64,000 bases of DNA, from contig NC_092677.1 of NCBI RefSeq assembly GCF_964355755.1, positions 25,593,175 to 25,657,174 on the forward strand. The letters are read 5' to 3'. The position numbers and the translations under genes are program-made. This DNA is from Antedon mediterranea (Eukaryota; Animalia; Echinodermata). Shown here one piece after another: positions 26,801-40,279 of this stretch (its first letter is position 1; each line of letters opens with the position of its first letter). Below the pieces are notes generated by a model. It did not search any database, was not told the DNA's origin, and was given only the letters and a program-made list of their open reading frames with translations.

Positions 26801-29800
26801 ATATAACAACAAGAAAAAAAAATGAAAATGCCATTTCGGCAAAAAATCGTTTTCTGACATATTTTTCTAACCGGTACAAGTAGCAGAATAGGCACGTATA
26901 TGCGATGTTGTATGCTTCAAGATTTGTATACATTTTCCAACAAACACTTTGTATTTTTCACATTCTTAATCTTATACAATCGTCGACATCTTTTTTGATA
27001 ACTTTCGCGTTTTAATACCGTTATTGGATAAAAGCTAAAGCGTTACTTATTTTTTCTTCGTCATCTTAATATTTTCAGAATTATTGGACGTTTTCTCATC
27101 TTTGGTTTTTTTTTTTTCAAAAATCTTTTTTACACTTTACATTTATTTTTATACATGGTTTCAATGATATTGATAATATTGGTTGAAAATACTTTTTAAA
27201 CTCTTGTACAAGCCGCGAGTAAACCAATTTATTTATAGCATGCATTTTACTGATATAAGTGTGTAATGTTACATGTTCACTTTTTTCCTATGAAATCCAG
27301 AATAAGAAAAACAAATTAAGAGCGTTTTTTTTAATAAGATTTTTATAGTAGTTTTACATTTTCACTTTATCCTACCAAATCCGGAAATAAAACATTTTTA
27401 GAGGGTTTTTTTATATATATATATTTTCATGCTACATTTTTACTGTCTTGCTACATTTTTACTTTATCCTACGAAATTCGGAATAGACAAAAAATAATAT
27501 CGTTTTTTAAAATACATTTTTATAGTTGTTACATTTTTTACTTTATCCTACGAAATTTTCTAGTCGTCTTAATTATTTATTCTACGAAATCCGGAAATAA
27601 AACATTTTAATAAGGTTTTTTTTATATATATAAATTTTCATGCGACTACATTTTTACTGTCGTGGTACATTTACGAAATTCGGAATAGACTAAAAATAAT
27701 ATAATAAGAGCGTTTTTTTTAATACATTTTTATAGTCGTGTTAAATTTTTACTTTATCCTACGAAATTTTGAAATGCGAAAAACATATTATGAGTGATTT
27801 AGATTTTCTAGTCGTCTTAATTATTTATCCTACGAAATCCGGAAAATAAGAGAACCATTTTAAGAGCGTTTTTATTGTCGTGCTACATTTTCACTTTCTC
27901 CTAAAAAAATTCGGAAATGCGGAAAGCATATTAAGAGTAGTTTATGTTTTTTATAGTTTTCTTACTTTTTACTACGAATTCAAATTGTATAGATTTGGAA
28001 ATGGATAAAACAAAATAAGTTTATAATTTAGAGTCGTGTTACATTTTCATTCCTACGAAACTTAAATGTGCAAAACTTTTATAGTGTTTTAAATTTTGTA
28101 TTTTTCAATAAATGCGCAGATTTTTGCAATGTCGAAGATTTTTTTTTTTATCGATTGGCTGAGGCGCAAAACAAATTAAACTCAAGATTTATAGTATCAA
28201 CTACATATAAGATTGTCATAGTTGTACAAGTGTAGTGGTATATTATATTTGTGGGCAAAACAATTCAATGATAATGGTTCCGAACTCTATGTTCAAGGAT
28301 TCTCGGAAGGTAATTGTGTATTTGGCAAGCTGAGTATAAACTACTCTGAAATCTATTGGGTACAAAAGAGGAACAAAGTTACAGAACAAAAATGTACACT
28401 ACACTACACTACATAACATAGACAAAGGTTCATACTTTACAAAAAGGTAAAATTTGTTTTTAAAAATATGTAAGATGGGTGGTTAATATTTTGGTAAATG
28501 AATGACGCAAGAATGTATAAAATGGTAAGTGTTGGAATGATGCTGTCAGGATATCTCCAGTTATCTTTGGTAAGTCGTTCATTTGTTCTAAACAATGAAT
28601 TTCCTCCGCTGTTTTCTTTTTCAGGATTTTAACTCGTTTCTATTTTATTTAACCAGAACACCGGAATATGCCGTTAGAAGATGCGATGAAGCTTATAGTA
28701 AAAAACTTTGATAACTATATGCAAGCATTGCGAGAAAAGAAAGGAGAAAAAATGGCTGCCGCTACTGCTCCGCAGCCGTTGCCGCCTCCCACAATACCAG
28801 CTATCATACCGGAACCCGTGGATGAGCTTACGATTCCACAGCTTTTGAATCTACTTGCCGACGAAAGGCAGTTAACGGTCCTTGAAATGACGCGTGTAAT
28901 TACTCATTTGTCCCAAGTCCGTAAAAAAATGATGGACGTTCAGGGTGTGACTGTTGCTCCAGGTAATCAGTTTAAAATATAATCATTTAGATTAAAATGT
29001 ATTAATTTTTTAATAACTAGTCTTAGTATCATTGTACTGTAATTACAGTGTTCCAGTTCATTAATTTTCTTATTGCTTATTTACAGTTCTTGATGTTGCA
29101 GCTCGTCCCACTAAACCAGAAGTTCCAGCAACCAGCAGTACACAAGCACTGCAGGCAAAGATCCTAAACACGTTCTCATCAGCTGGTGGAACGACCAACA
29201 ACTCTGGCCCCTCACCTGTTGTAAATCCAGCTCCATCGGTAGTAGAACCTCCCAAACCAGTCGCCCCCAAATTGTCGGCAGCGGCGGCAGCAGCAGCAGG
29301 AGACCTATCTGGTGCGAACCTAAATCTGGACAATCCAAATATTCAGAAGGCACTGAATAGCCTTATTCAGATAAAACCAAATGTTCTTAGAAGTTTAGTT
29401 GGCAGCACGATGACAGACACCAAACCGACAGTGGCAACTGCTGACAGCCTTAAACCATTGATGTCTATACAGCCGTCGATGTCTGGACAACAATCGATGT
29501 CTGGACAACAATCGATGTCTGGACAACAATCGATGTCTGGACAACAATCGATGTCTGGACAACAATCGATGTCTGGACAACAATCGATGTCTGGACAGTC
29601 ATCACATAATCCTTATGAACAATACCAACAGCAACTACAACAACAGCAGCAGCAACTCCTCCAGCAGCAGCAGCACATGCAAGAGCAGCAGCAGCAAAAC
29701 TTCAATCAGCAGAATTTCAATCAGAACTTCAACCAGCAAAACCAGATGGCATTTTCTCGAGGTTCAGCTTCACAACAACCTTTTAATGGACCTACTGGAT

Positions 29801-29880
29801 TTTCTTATCCTCAACAACAGCAACAACAAGGAAACTATCAACAGCAGCAGCAGTCATATTACGGAGGTCAAAGGTACTAA
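20805..29880 (+). CDS. NCOA5: Nuclear receptor coactivator 5 (Neosin-like) with N-terminal hnRNP C-like RRM, RD-rich region and Q-rich tail
   Basis: Coding exons 20805-20928, 22186-22293, 22658-22766, 23522-23662, 23775-23951, 24510(or 24522)-24644, 26565-26764, 28657-28962, 29087-29880. RNP2 VFVGNL, RNP1 KGYAFVQF; NCOA5 core [63 protein letters not shown]. Confidence 0.92.
21121..21390 (+). mobile_element. tRNA-derived SINE (second copy on - strand at about 38975-39153)
   Basis: tggcttggtgg and gggttcaagtcc boxes; a closely similar inverted copy lies near 39 kb. Confidence 0.8.
21725..22109. mobile_element. MITE
   Basis: About 50-bp TIR taatgcac..gtcaattgt..cccactatac(a/g)acccc(a/t)gggagaggtgcgtcat. 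Confidence 0.8.
23130..23428 (+). mobile_element. Deu/Nin-domain SINE
   Basis: Degenerate tRNA head, then tcttctcggttaaggactataatccg..ttaaagaacc..tttcgagatgagtagggagttaccccgg, which resembles the DeuSINE domain as I recall it; A-rich tail. Confidence 0.7.
24083..24265. mobile_element. High-copy MITE family B (TIR aagc(g/t)tggttcccactag); representative copy
   Basis: Other full or partial copies near 14400, 25813, 38595, 39192, 41676, 43100, 46181, 52780 and 63350. Confidence 0.9.
24785..26360 (-). mobile_element. Degraded LINE (CR1/L2-group) 3' fragment in an NCOA5 intron, interrupted by a SINE and a MITE
   Basis: Minus-strand translation gives FVIFADDTNVF..LRNWFTANK near 26300 and RSIAYRGANIWNRLP near 25100. 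Confidence 0.85.
25346..25657 (-). mobile_element. tRNA-derived SINE with L2-type tail
   Basis: A/B boxes (tggcgcagtg, ggttcgaatcc), the same ccacccaggtgtataaatgggtacc central motif, and a gtaaagcgc..gcgctatataaat(tat)n tail. Confidence 0.85.
27270..28070. repeat. Degenerate AT-rich tandem repeat in an NCOA5 intron
   Basis: Recurring tacattttt..actttatcctacgaaat(c/t)cggaa. Confidence 0.75.
29476..29597 (+). repeat. Coding 18-bp tandem repeat (SMSGQQ, about 7 units)
   Basis: Perfect tcgatgtctggacaacaa units in the last NCOA5 exon. Confidence 0.95.
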
Positions 29881-31409
29881 GTTTATGAGGTCAAAGTTCA
29901 GGATTTATCCTTAACGAGGAAACTACCAGCAGCAGTCGTATTATGGTGGTCAAAGGTCAAGAGGTTATAGCTGCAAGTTTCTGGAGGTCAGAGCTACAAA
30001 GCCCACTATACTACTAGAATATTCTGTAGAAGAGAAATTATCTGTTGTGATATCTCTAATTGTCTTTCTTCAAGATTTGCTTTAGATTCGGTATTGTAAA
30101 ATAGATTTTTCAGTCATTTTATACAGATAATTTTTTTTAAATACTTTATTGTATGTAAAAATAGTAACATGGCAATTTCATCTGACGATTTACATAACAC
30201 ATGGTTTAGGAAAAATGATTATTTTATTCAAAGTAAATGTGTTTTTTATTGAAGCCATTAATGTTGATACAGTATAAACGTACATTTGCCGTAGATATTA
30301 TTTGATTTTAAATTTGGAATGTTATCTTTAACATGGAGTAAGTATTTTTTTAAAATTTAAATAAGATAAGTATGTGTATTTCGCAAGATTTTAGTAGCTG
30401 TTAATAAAATAAAATATCTCTTTGTAATAAAATGTATCATTATGCCTGGCACAATAATATGTAACATCATGTTGTCAATGAAATCTTGTTCTTGCTAACT
30501 GATATTGTGTGATGTTTGTGTTTTAATTAATTTAATCAACTGTTAATCATGTCAAATAAATACCATTTTCTCGACAGGGATCATTTGAATTTACTGAATT
30601 TGAATAATAAAGCAAACCTGTTTCATTATTTTTTAGCAAAAATTATTGTGGAAAAAATTTGCAAATTTCAGAATTTCTACAAATACAAATTGTACTTTAT
30701 TATATATATGTTTGATACATATAATATGTATGATACTGGAGATATTTTTGAATTATCTATGGAGATCTATCTATGCATAGATAACAACATCGTTATTATG
30801 GAATGTGATTTTTAATCCAAATCTTGGAATTGGAATGTCTTGTATCAGTATGTACTGGTGACATCGAGGACGGCGATAACAAATTGTACTTTATTAATAT
30901 GTTTGATACATATTGTATGATACTGAAAATATTTTGGAATTGTCTATGCAGATATGCATAGATCACAACGTCGTTATTATGGAATATGTGATTTTTATCA
31001 AAAGCTTGGAATCAGAATGTCCATATTCAACCGTTTCAGCTCTTTATACAGTCTTTATACAATAGCTGTTCTTTCGAAATTTGTAGCCGTTTTTTACCTC
31101 CTAATTATGGTCAGTTTAGGTGTACACACTTGTTGAATAAAAGGAGACGTGGTTGTAAAAAGCATTTTTTCCAAGAAGAGTTTTAGATGTGGTTATTATT
31201 ATTAAGCAATTTCAGTGTTTGTAAATAATACTAGACTTGAAACCAGCCGTTGTAGCTTTGCTAGTTTGAAAAGAAGTTTCAAGTTGATGGAAATTTAGAA
31301 AATAAGAAAGTTCTGTAAGAAAATAAAACATGTTTTTGTAACGAAGTTTTTGTCGTTTGTGTTATTTTTTCATTAACGGAAACTGGAGAAGGAAATAAAA
31401 ATACAATTC

Positions 31410-31505
31410 TTGTCGGACATTGATACAACTCTTGCCGGACACCGATACAACTCTTACCGGACACCAATACAACTCTTACCGGACACCGATACACCTTTGG
31501 CCGGA
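31410..31505. repeat. 22-bp tandem repeat within a locally duplicated block (about 31400-32240)
   Basis: gatacaactctt(g/a)ccggacacc units; the downstream gtgaccca..tcatgacgtaatgagaag block occurs twice. Confidence 0.8.
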
Positions 31506-33817
31506 CAAAAAAAAAAAACAAAAACGGACCTTTCTAAATGAAAACTATCAGATTTTTGAGAGAAGCCGTAATGTGACCCAGGAGAAATCATGACGTAATG
31601 AGAAGGTCATATTATAATTGTTGGTTATACTGTATAATCATGATATTATTATCTACTTGATTTTGTTTTGTATGTTTTAGCAATTCAAGCATTTTTGCTT
31701 TTTTGTTATTTTCTTTAATACATGCAACTCTTGCCGGACACCGATACAATTTGAAACTCAACAAAAACGGACCTAGAGAAGCCTGAGTGTGACCCAGCAG
31801 AAGTCATGACGTAATGAGAAGATCATACTACAATTGTTGCCATATAATCATGATTATATCTACTTGATTTTATTTTGTGTATTTTAAAATTTCAAGCATT
31901 TGTGCTAATAAAAGAGATCAGTGTTGTTTCTTTAAATATCTTTTTGTAATATTAAAACGAGGCGTTGGTTTATTTGTGTGACTTGTGACGTATTTTTTCG
32001 TCCTGATCGAATATTGCTGGTGCGGTGTCCTTTATGTTACGCCCTCTTCTGTTCATGTACATGCCAGAATATGATAAAAGAGAACATTTTTATTTTCTTT
32101 GAATATTCCTTGTAATATTAAAAACGAGTTGTTGATTTATTTGTGTGATTTTCTTTTTACTATTATTTAGTGAAGATATCTCGTCCTGATCGAATGTTGC
32201 TGATGGGTGTCCTTTATGTTACGCCCTCTTCTGTCCATGGTCATTGACCAGTTTCAAATATTAAAGAAACAAAGTAGCCTATACTATAACCCAACGGAAG
32301 TTTTAAGATCGTTTTTACAATTTTATTTTGCGTTTTTAGTCATTTTTCCTTTAAACTTATTATTTATTCAGACAAAAGATATACAGTATTTTAAAAAATA
32401 TAGGCCTAATACAAAAAAACAAATTAAACAAACACGACACAAGAAGAAAATATAAAATCATAGTCACTAGCTGCCAGGAAAGCACAAAAGCAGCCTAAGC
32501 CTCCAACCAATGACTACTAAATCAGTAATACGAAATAATACCAGTTTCTTAACAAATTCATTCATTTCAACATTGCCGATGACATCTCTGTGTTTGCGCG
32601 TTGTGACGTCAGCAACCGGATGAATTTACTTGAATGGAGAACTTTTATCTCAACATCTTTCGAATGGGATTTTTCTTTGGTTTATTTTTCTCATTGACAT
32701 TCGACGATAACACAATATAGCGCTTTATCAGGCTGTGTAAATTTGATCACGAAACGATAGTTTTGTAGCAAGGACGATAAGCCTGGAAAAGGGGGTTTCG
32801 TACCGCAATAAGGGCAGATTGATTTGATGAGTTTTCCGGATTGTCTATGCATATTTGTTTTTCCATTATTAATCAAATTGAAGGCCTAGTTTGATATCAT
32901 GGGGAAAACAATAGATCATGAGCTTCTTCAAAGAATATTGTCTCAAACACATTTACAGTGTCTACATATTACGGGCCTTCGCCATATACATATAGGCAAT
33001 CCCCATACGTTACGCAGTTCCGGTAACATCGAGGACGGCGAACACAACATATAGAACGTCTAGCATCGGCATAGAATGTTGTCTCAAACCCCTGTAAATA
33101 GGCCTACGTCATACTGGATTACATACGGGCCTACGTAGTACAGTATTCGCCATACAAATGTAACTTCAATCCCAACACCTATACGTATACAGTACTGGTG
33201 ACATCGAGGACGGCGAATACAACATTCTAGAACGATACTACGTCCTCCTGGATGTTGACCACAGTAGTAGACAACATCAATAGCATCAATGGAAACAACA
33301 TTGGGCGGAACGCCAACACTGCTAAAAGACGTCGATAACCCATGGAAGAAGCAACATTTTCCCAGGATTGACGAGTATTCACTCTTCCCTGATTTTTCCA
33401 AACATGAAAAAGGTGTATTTTAAATGATATTTCTTATATAATATAGAAATATAAATTTCCGTGTTAACCGTTTCAATAGGTCTAGAACTTGACAGCAAAC
33501 ACACACATCATTTTATCGGTTGATCTTTTAATTTGAAATTATTCAGGTTGTCGGGTCATTATCCGAGCGTGCATCATGAATGCATTAACAAAGAAATATT
33601 GATTATCATGTTGTTCTATTTTATTTGCCGTAGATAACAATAAAACACGTTCAATGAGTGTATTGCTTTGAATTATTTTAAGACATGCTTCTCTGCATTA
33701 TAACATCTTGAAGTTTTCCCACAACTTTATTTTTCTAAACAGTTTTTTTGTTGTTTTCGATGGAATAAGCCTATACCGGCTAAACCACAGTGGCGAGGCC
33801 AGGTTTTGAAATATAAT

Positions 33818-34210
33818 AATAATAAATAATAATAAATAACATTTATAAAGCGCAAGAGACAAAGGTTTCAAAGCGCTGTGTTTTCCAAGATCTGTGCAAG
33901 TAGTAGCGTGTGATTATGCTTCTCTGAAGAGATGAGTTTTGAGTTTAGTTTTAAATGTGATTACAGATTTTGATGAGCGTATTTCGAGGGGTAGAGTGTT
34001 CCAGAGTTTTGGGGCTGCGACAGCGAAAGCACGATCACCGTAAAACCGAGTTCTGGAACGGGGTCCAGGTTTTAGAAGAAGTCTGCTGGATGGCCTTATA
34101 TGTCAGCAACAGGATTTTAAAACGAATGCGCTGATCTACAGGCAACCAGTGTAAGTCACGTAAAACGGGAGAAATATGTTCATGTCGTTTAGTGCCAGTG
34201 ATAAGTCTTG
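33818..34210 (-). mobile_element. L2-type LINE 3' end
   Basis: HWLPVDQRIRFKIL, YGDRAFAVAAPKLWNTLP..FKTKLKTHLF, and a gcgct..(TTA)n tail. Confidence 0.85.
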
Positions 34211-34424
34211 CGGCGGAATTTTGGATTCGTTGAAGAGGAGACAGATAAGAAGTTGGTACGGGGGAGGGAAGAAATATGGGCTAAAGGTGTTCACAGGGTG
34301 TCTGAAAATTGTAAAACAAGTGCTGAACTTGACGCAATGCCACGTGTTTTCTTTGCTGTATGTAGGGGAATTTCTTCCCTCCCCCTTCTTGGACCCGCCA
34401 TCCTATGAACCCAATTTTCCATTA

Positions 34425-34895
34425 CCGTATTTATTTGAATAAACGCCCCCACCCCATTAGAACATCGTTTGGAATAAACTCCTCCACCCCATTAGAACAT
34501 CGTTTGGAATAAACGCCCCGCTCTGAATAAACGCCCCTCCCCATTAGAGCATCGTTTGCACACACATGCATATACAAAATATTGTATTACAACACAATCC
34601 TATTTGTAGTAGAATCCATTAAATGACATGATCTACAATTTATCAAGAATTAAAGTTTTACTCTATTTTATCACTTCTTGATATTGTCTTGTTGTTCATA
34701 TCTAGCGGTATTATAGGCCTACATGTTACCATACTACACCAAAACAAAAAACACCCAATTCCCAGTGCTGTATCTCCACAAGCTATCTACTTCCGAGAAT
34801 TGGCTGGAAAAAATAAACGCCTCCTCAGAATAAATGCCTCCCTCGAATAAACTCCCACCTAAAACCCTCCTGGGGGTTTGGTTGAATAAATACGG
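34425..34895. mobile_element. Tc1/mariner/pogo-type MITE (TA TSD)
   Basis: ta|ccgtatttatt..aataaatacgg|ta with internal gaataaacgcccc repeats; a related degenerate copy lies at about 62282-62660. Confidence 0.8.
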
Positions 34896-36874
34896 TAATT
34901 TTCTGCCGTTATCTAATATTTATTTTGCAAATGTTGGCCTTGCTATGCCCGGTCTTGTTTTTCTATCCCCCCTTCTTCTTCTCCGTCCGTGACCTGTCAC
35001 GGACAGCCTTAGGCCTACTATACCGTGGATATCTAGGCCTTATAAATACTCGACCTAATGTAACGCTTGTTTGTGCCGGGGATATGTGTATAATGCCCCA
35101 CTTTAATAAGTGATTGATCTACTAGCACAGTTTTATATTGTATCATTAAAATGCATCCATAATAGTGTGAGAAATAGTTAATCGGTCCTTCCCCCATGGG
35201 TGAATGTGTCTTCTTTACCGGACTAATTTATGTACATACTCCCAATCTACCCCCTAGAGCATATGGCTCTAAAATGATTTTAGGCCATGTCTTGTTTTGA
35301 CCGATTTCAATGATACGAAATTGAAATTCAAATTTTTATAAAAATGTTTTTAAGACCATTATACATTTAATACGGATATATTTGTTTGTGTTCCTGTTGT
35401 ATTTTATCTTTATTTATATTTATTTTTATTTGTACCGTGTTTTCCAATAAATCTGGTGTTTGTTTTGCCGAACCTTCCGAGTAAAAATGAATTGCAATAT
35501 TTGTGTTTATCGCGTGTTTTGTCGTTCGTGGTAAGTGTTCACAGTGTTCGCAATATAATAACATACTATAATAAATACAATGAAGTAATCATGTGGGGGT
35601 AGGGTCATATAAGTCAAAAAGACTTTGACCCACCCCAAGATATATCATTAAATACGAATACGAAAACTCAAAGCTACAATTTCTATTTAAACCACTTTAT
35701 CCGATCTTAACTGGTCTTATGAAATTTATATTTAACGTTCATCATATCTTGAAAGTAAATAGTTTTTGTATACTAATTTAAACTTTGAAGTAGATGCAGT
35801 TTTAATATCAACATGGATTGAATTCCATAAGTTAGCTCATTGGTATTTAATATGAGTTCTTGATCAAATTGTTTTTACATTTAAGTAAAAGATTAATCAT
35901 TTGAATTGCGTCTATTATGGATGTAGTTGACTATGTTTCATAAAGTAAGTTATTAAATGATTTTGGGAGACAGTTTTTACTTTGTCATCGTCTTCTTCCT
36001 TTTATATATAACATATTATTTTCATTTTATTTATTTGGTTTTTTTTTTCTTCATTTTTTTAATTTATTTATTAGACACAATCGGTTAAGGGGTTGCGACA
36101 ATGCGCCATAACACGAAAAAATCCTACAAAATACAATTATAACAATATTTAAAACAACATTTAAAACAATATTAAAAACATGACATAAAGAGAATATTAA
36201 TATCATATACAAAAATGAATTGAAATATAATGTAATTAAACTCATTTAATTTTAATTTGTTTTTTTTCTAATAAAATGTTTTCTTATAAATAATTATTTA
36301 AAACAGGGTTGTGATAACAGAAAAGTCACAGGGTTAAATTAGAACAACAGCCAATGGAATTGCATTGTATAATACAACACGGTAATACATGACACTGTTT
36401 ATTATATTAACTCGATGTTAAGACGTGATATAATAAAATCGTAATCAGTTGGATTCCAACCGAGGTATATATCAAGTTATGTTGACACGATGCTGTGAAT
36501 TCCTCATAATATGCCCTGTTATTTAAATATAAGTGTATTATACTCTTTCGAGTTGAATTAATATTTATTTTCCTAATAAGTAACGTTATATCATGTGATA
36601 TACATCGACACACTTGTACGCTTGGGTCAACCATGGAGGAATGATGCTAATTCGTGGAGCTTAGCTACAATTAGCCTACGGCCCGAATGCTAGAAGTCAA
36701 TCCACTCGATAAATAACCGTGTGGATGTCACGAACGATTTAAAAATTAGCACCAGAAGACCCGAGTTCATACCTAGATTAAGACGACGTTTTTTCGCTTT
36801 ATCCTTTGCACGTTCTATGGTCCCGTACAGACTGGTTATTTACCATGTTGCATGAGAACAGTTATTGCTAAGCC

Positions 36875-37050
36875 TTACCCGGGTCTTAACCAACTTACCC
36901 GGGTCTGAACCAACTTACCCGAGTCTGAGCCAACTTACCCGGGTCTGAGCCAACTTACCCGGGTCTGAACCAACTTACTCGGGTCTGAACAAACTTACTC
37001 GGGGTCTGAACCAACTTACCCGTGTCTGAACCAACTTACCTGGGCCTGAA
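36875..37050. repeat. 20-bp minisatellite, about 9 copies
   Basis: Unit cttacccgggtctgaaccaa. Confidence 0.93.
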
Positions 37051-40000
37051 CTGGCCCCCGACCTGGCCCCGATGTCTGAACGGCCCTAATGTCTGCATTG
37101 TCAATGTTTAATTCATTTATATACGTGTTTCCATTATTAACACAAAGCGTCAGTGAATACTGAGTGTGACTGTACTTTTCTAATACACAATTATATAGGC
37201 ATGTAGTGTTATTAAAATGTTGATGTTGGCGTAGTTGCGGAAGCTATCATAACGGCAATTCCATTACAAACTTGCACTATAAGTTGCATAACGTCGTAGT
37301 TCATTCTCTAGCCTCGCCGCCGGACAATAACGTATATCGTATATTCAGAGCTATACTGGTTGGTAGGCCTGGCGTCGTAGTTTATTCTCTAGCCTCGTGC
37401 CGCCGGACAATCCGTGTTACCAATCTAGGTTGTATTTTTACACTTGTAGAATCAGAACAAAACAATTTATACGTTCACCTGTTACCTGGATGGATTAGGA
37501 ACATTCCTCTAATATTGAAAATATATTTAACGACTAAGAATAGATCAATTGACGGGGAGCAGCCGAGCGGCAATGCCTCCTTTGGGCCTAGAATACAATG
37601 CTTTTATATTTCTCGCACCAACGTGTGACGTTTCTGGTTGTTACTCATGTCCAATTTAATTAATTCCATTGTGTTGTGGTTAATTTACTGTATTACACAG
37701 AATAGATCAACCTTTTGTATATGTTATGGTATTGTATGAATATACTTTCTATTAAAACGAATAAAATACTTTTTAATAAAATGGACAGTGTATGGCTTGG
37801 GTTACTGTATCAATGTGCAAGTTTCTATATTCATAATAGGTTGCCTTAAAGTCACGTTCATGGATGGAGAAGATACAATAGACACACCGCAAACAAAAAG
37901 AAGAAATTATTAAAAATAATTAATATATGATGATCAAACGTGATATTCTAATGAAATAGGCGTTTCTTTTATATTGATATTTATTTTATTTCATTTCAAG
38001 AACGACAAAATATAGTAAATGGAGGTTCCATTTGTGGACGAATAAAGTTACCTTATCTGAAAAGCGTACATTTATTTTTGATCTTTAATTAAAGATTTTA
38101 ATTTTAAAATTATTATTGAGTGTTATTGAACTTTTTCATAAAATTTTTTTTAAAATGCATATTTTGTCATGTTCCGAATAAAGCATTGGCGAGTATTAAC
38201 ATCGTGTTTACACATCGTAAATATAACAAACATTCATAGAAGTTGAAACCTTTGGGATAAGATACAAATCACACGGCGACCTGCTGTAATAAAATACAAA
38301 TACGTTTTAACAGCTCGGTAGGCACACCATGTTCGTTCTCGTTGATACCTTTTCTGTCTGCAAATTCTAACCATTACGAAATATACTTTGTTATAATAGT
38401 GCCGATAACATGAATGTCGTAAATTAACGGTTTTTAATGGGGCATGACATTGTCACGTTAAATTAAAGGAAATATTAATATTTTGACGGTGAATGACCCA
38501 AATCAAAATGTAGGCCTAACTTGCATATTTCTATTACGAGGGCCCGGGTTACCTAGCGGTCAGTTGGCTTTCGTTCTCGTACTTTACGATCTTTATGCTT
38601 GGTTCCCACTAGTGACGCAATGCAAGGGACGAAATCATGACGCGATCGAGGATCGTCGGAAATGTCGCTTGTGATTGGTGAACTTAATTTTAGTTGCTCG
38701 TGACGTCATTGCGTTGCAACCAAGTTTTATTGCATAAAGATATCACTTTGCTAAAAATTTTAATTTATTAAAACTGGAGAAGGGGAAAAAACAATAAAAT
38801 TCGAGTTCCAACTATCATTCTGAACTGCAATGACTGTTAAAATTGAAGAAGTAGAATTGGTGTTGACATTTTACGGACCCTTTTTTACGGTTCCGTAACA
38901 GAATTTTTCTGATTGTTTGCGGATCTCTCCTATACGTGGTCGCGACATTTTTTTTAAAACCATATTTAATGAGGGTTCACAAGACAAACATTATACACAA
39001 GATGCTCTACATAAACAAAGTCTTATTACATATCTTTGTGAGTGGAGTTGTAATTTGGTCCTTAGAAAAAAAATCCTGACATGTGACGGGACTTGAACCC
39101 AGGACTCTTGGAGTGGTAGCCAAGCATCATAACCACCAAGCCACAACTCCACTGTTCGAATAACCAATCGCTTGTGATTGGTCAAATCACTTAAGCTTGG
39201 TTCCCACTCGCAAGGACGTTAACCAATGACAAGCGACAGTTCGGATAATCCATCGCTTGTGATTGGTCAATTCACTTACGATGCGTTACGTCCTTGTGTT
39301 GTGTCTCTAGTGGGACCCAAGCATTACGCTGCGCTTACGTCCTTGCGTTGCGTCCTAATGGGAACCAAGGTATATAGGTCAGTGTGTATTGTTTACTGAC
39401 CCCTTGATTAGTGTGCCCCTCTGTTTCCAAGGTTGGGAACCACTAACCCAGTCTTTCCATTTTATCGCCAATAAACTGCAGAATTAACGAGTAGACTAGG
39501 CCTACACAAGAATGACATAATTTACATCATCCTCCAATCTATTTAAAAATAATACAGTAGTGCGTGCTTGATATATATTCCTTAACAGAACACGAAACGT
39601 ACAATTGGTTTGTGTAATTCTTATCGGCTCTAAACCATCAATTTGTTTACACTATAAAGGCCCAGTTTTATGTTTGGAGATCGCGACATTTGCTCCCTTG
39701 TACAAACTCTGCGACTTTTACGAAGTCGTTATAAGGTGTTTACATTTCTGACGTTTAACTGTCTATAACTATATAGCCCAGACTGATTAAATAATATCTG
39801 GCAATAAAATTAAGCTTCAGGTACCATTGGTGGACGATGATCGGCTACATGCTCTATACGCCAGACGCAGCAAATTGCATTAGGCCTAACATCTTCAGGA
39901 AACTTTTCCGGTGATTCTAAACAATTTAAATTAGGGGCTTAAAAAACCTCAACAAAGTTAATGTCGCTCTACATATTGATTGATTTACTAGACTAACCAG

Positions 40001-40279
40001 AGTCACACAAATACATAAATATAAACATATAAAACCATTAAAAATTCAGAAAACAGTAAGACTCGAGTTAAAAGGATATTCTGAAAAGTAAAATACTTAA
40101 TTCCATTGGGGTACGGTCGATCTAGAACACGGAAAAACAAATTAGACAGTTCCCTACACAAATGATAAAAGGAGAAATTAAAATTCAATAATTCAAAATT
40201 TACAATAGACTATTATTTAAAATTTGTATAAAAATGGTTTTAAACATAAAAAAATACAATTTCAAGCAAAGCAAAACAA

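Noticed and set aside
29905-29930. Perfect U12 branch-point-like TCCTTAAC in the NCOA5 3'UTR
   Set aside because: I saw no matching RTATCCTT donor upstream; it is explained by the decayed tat-cct-caa duplicate.
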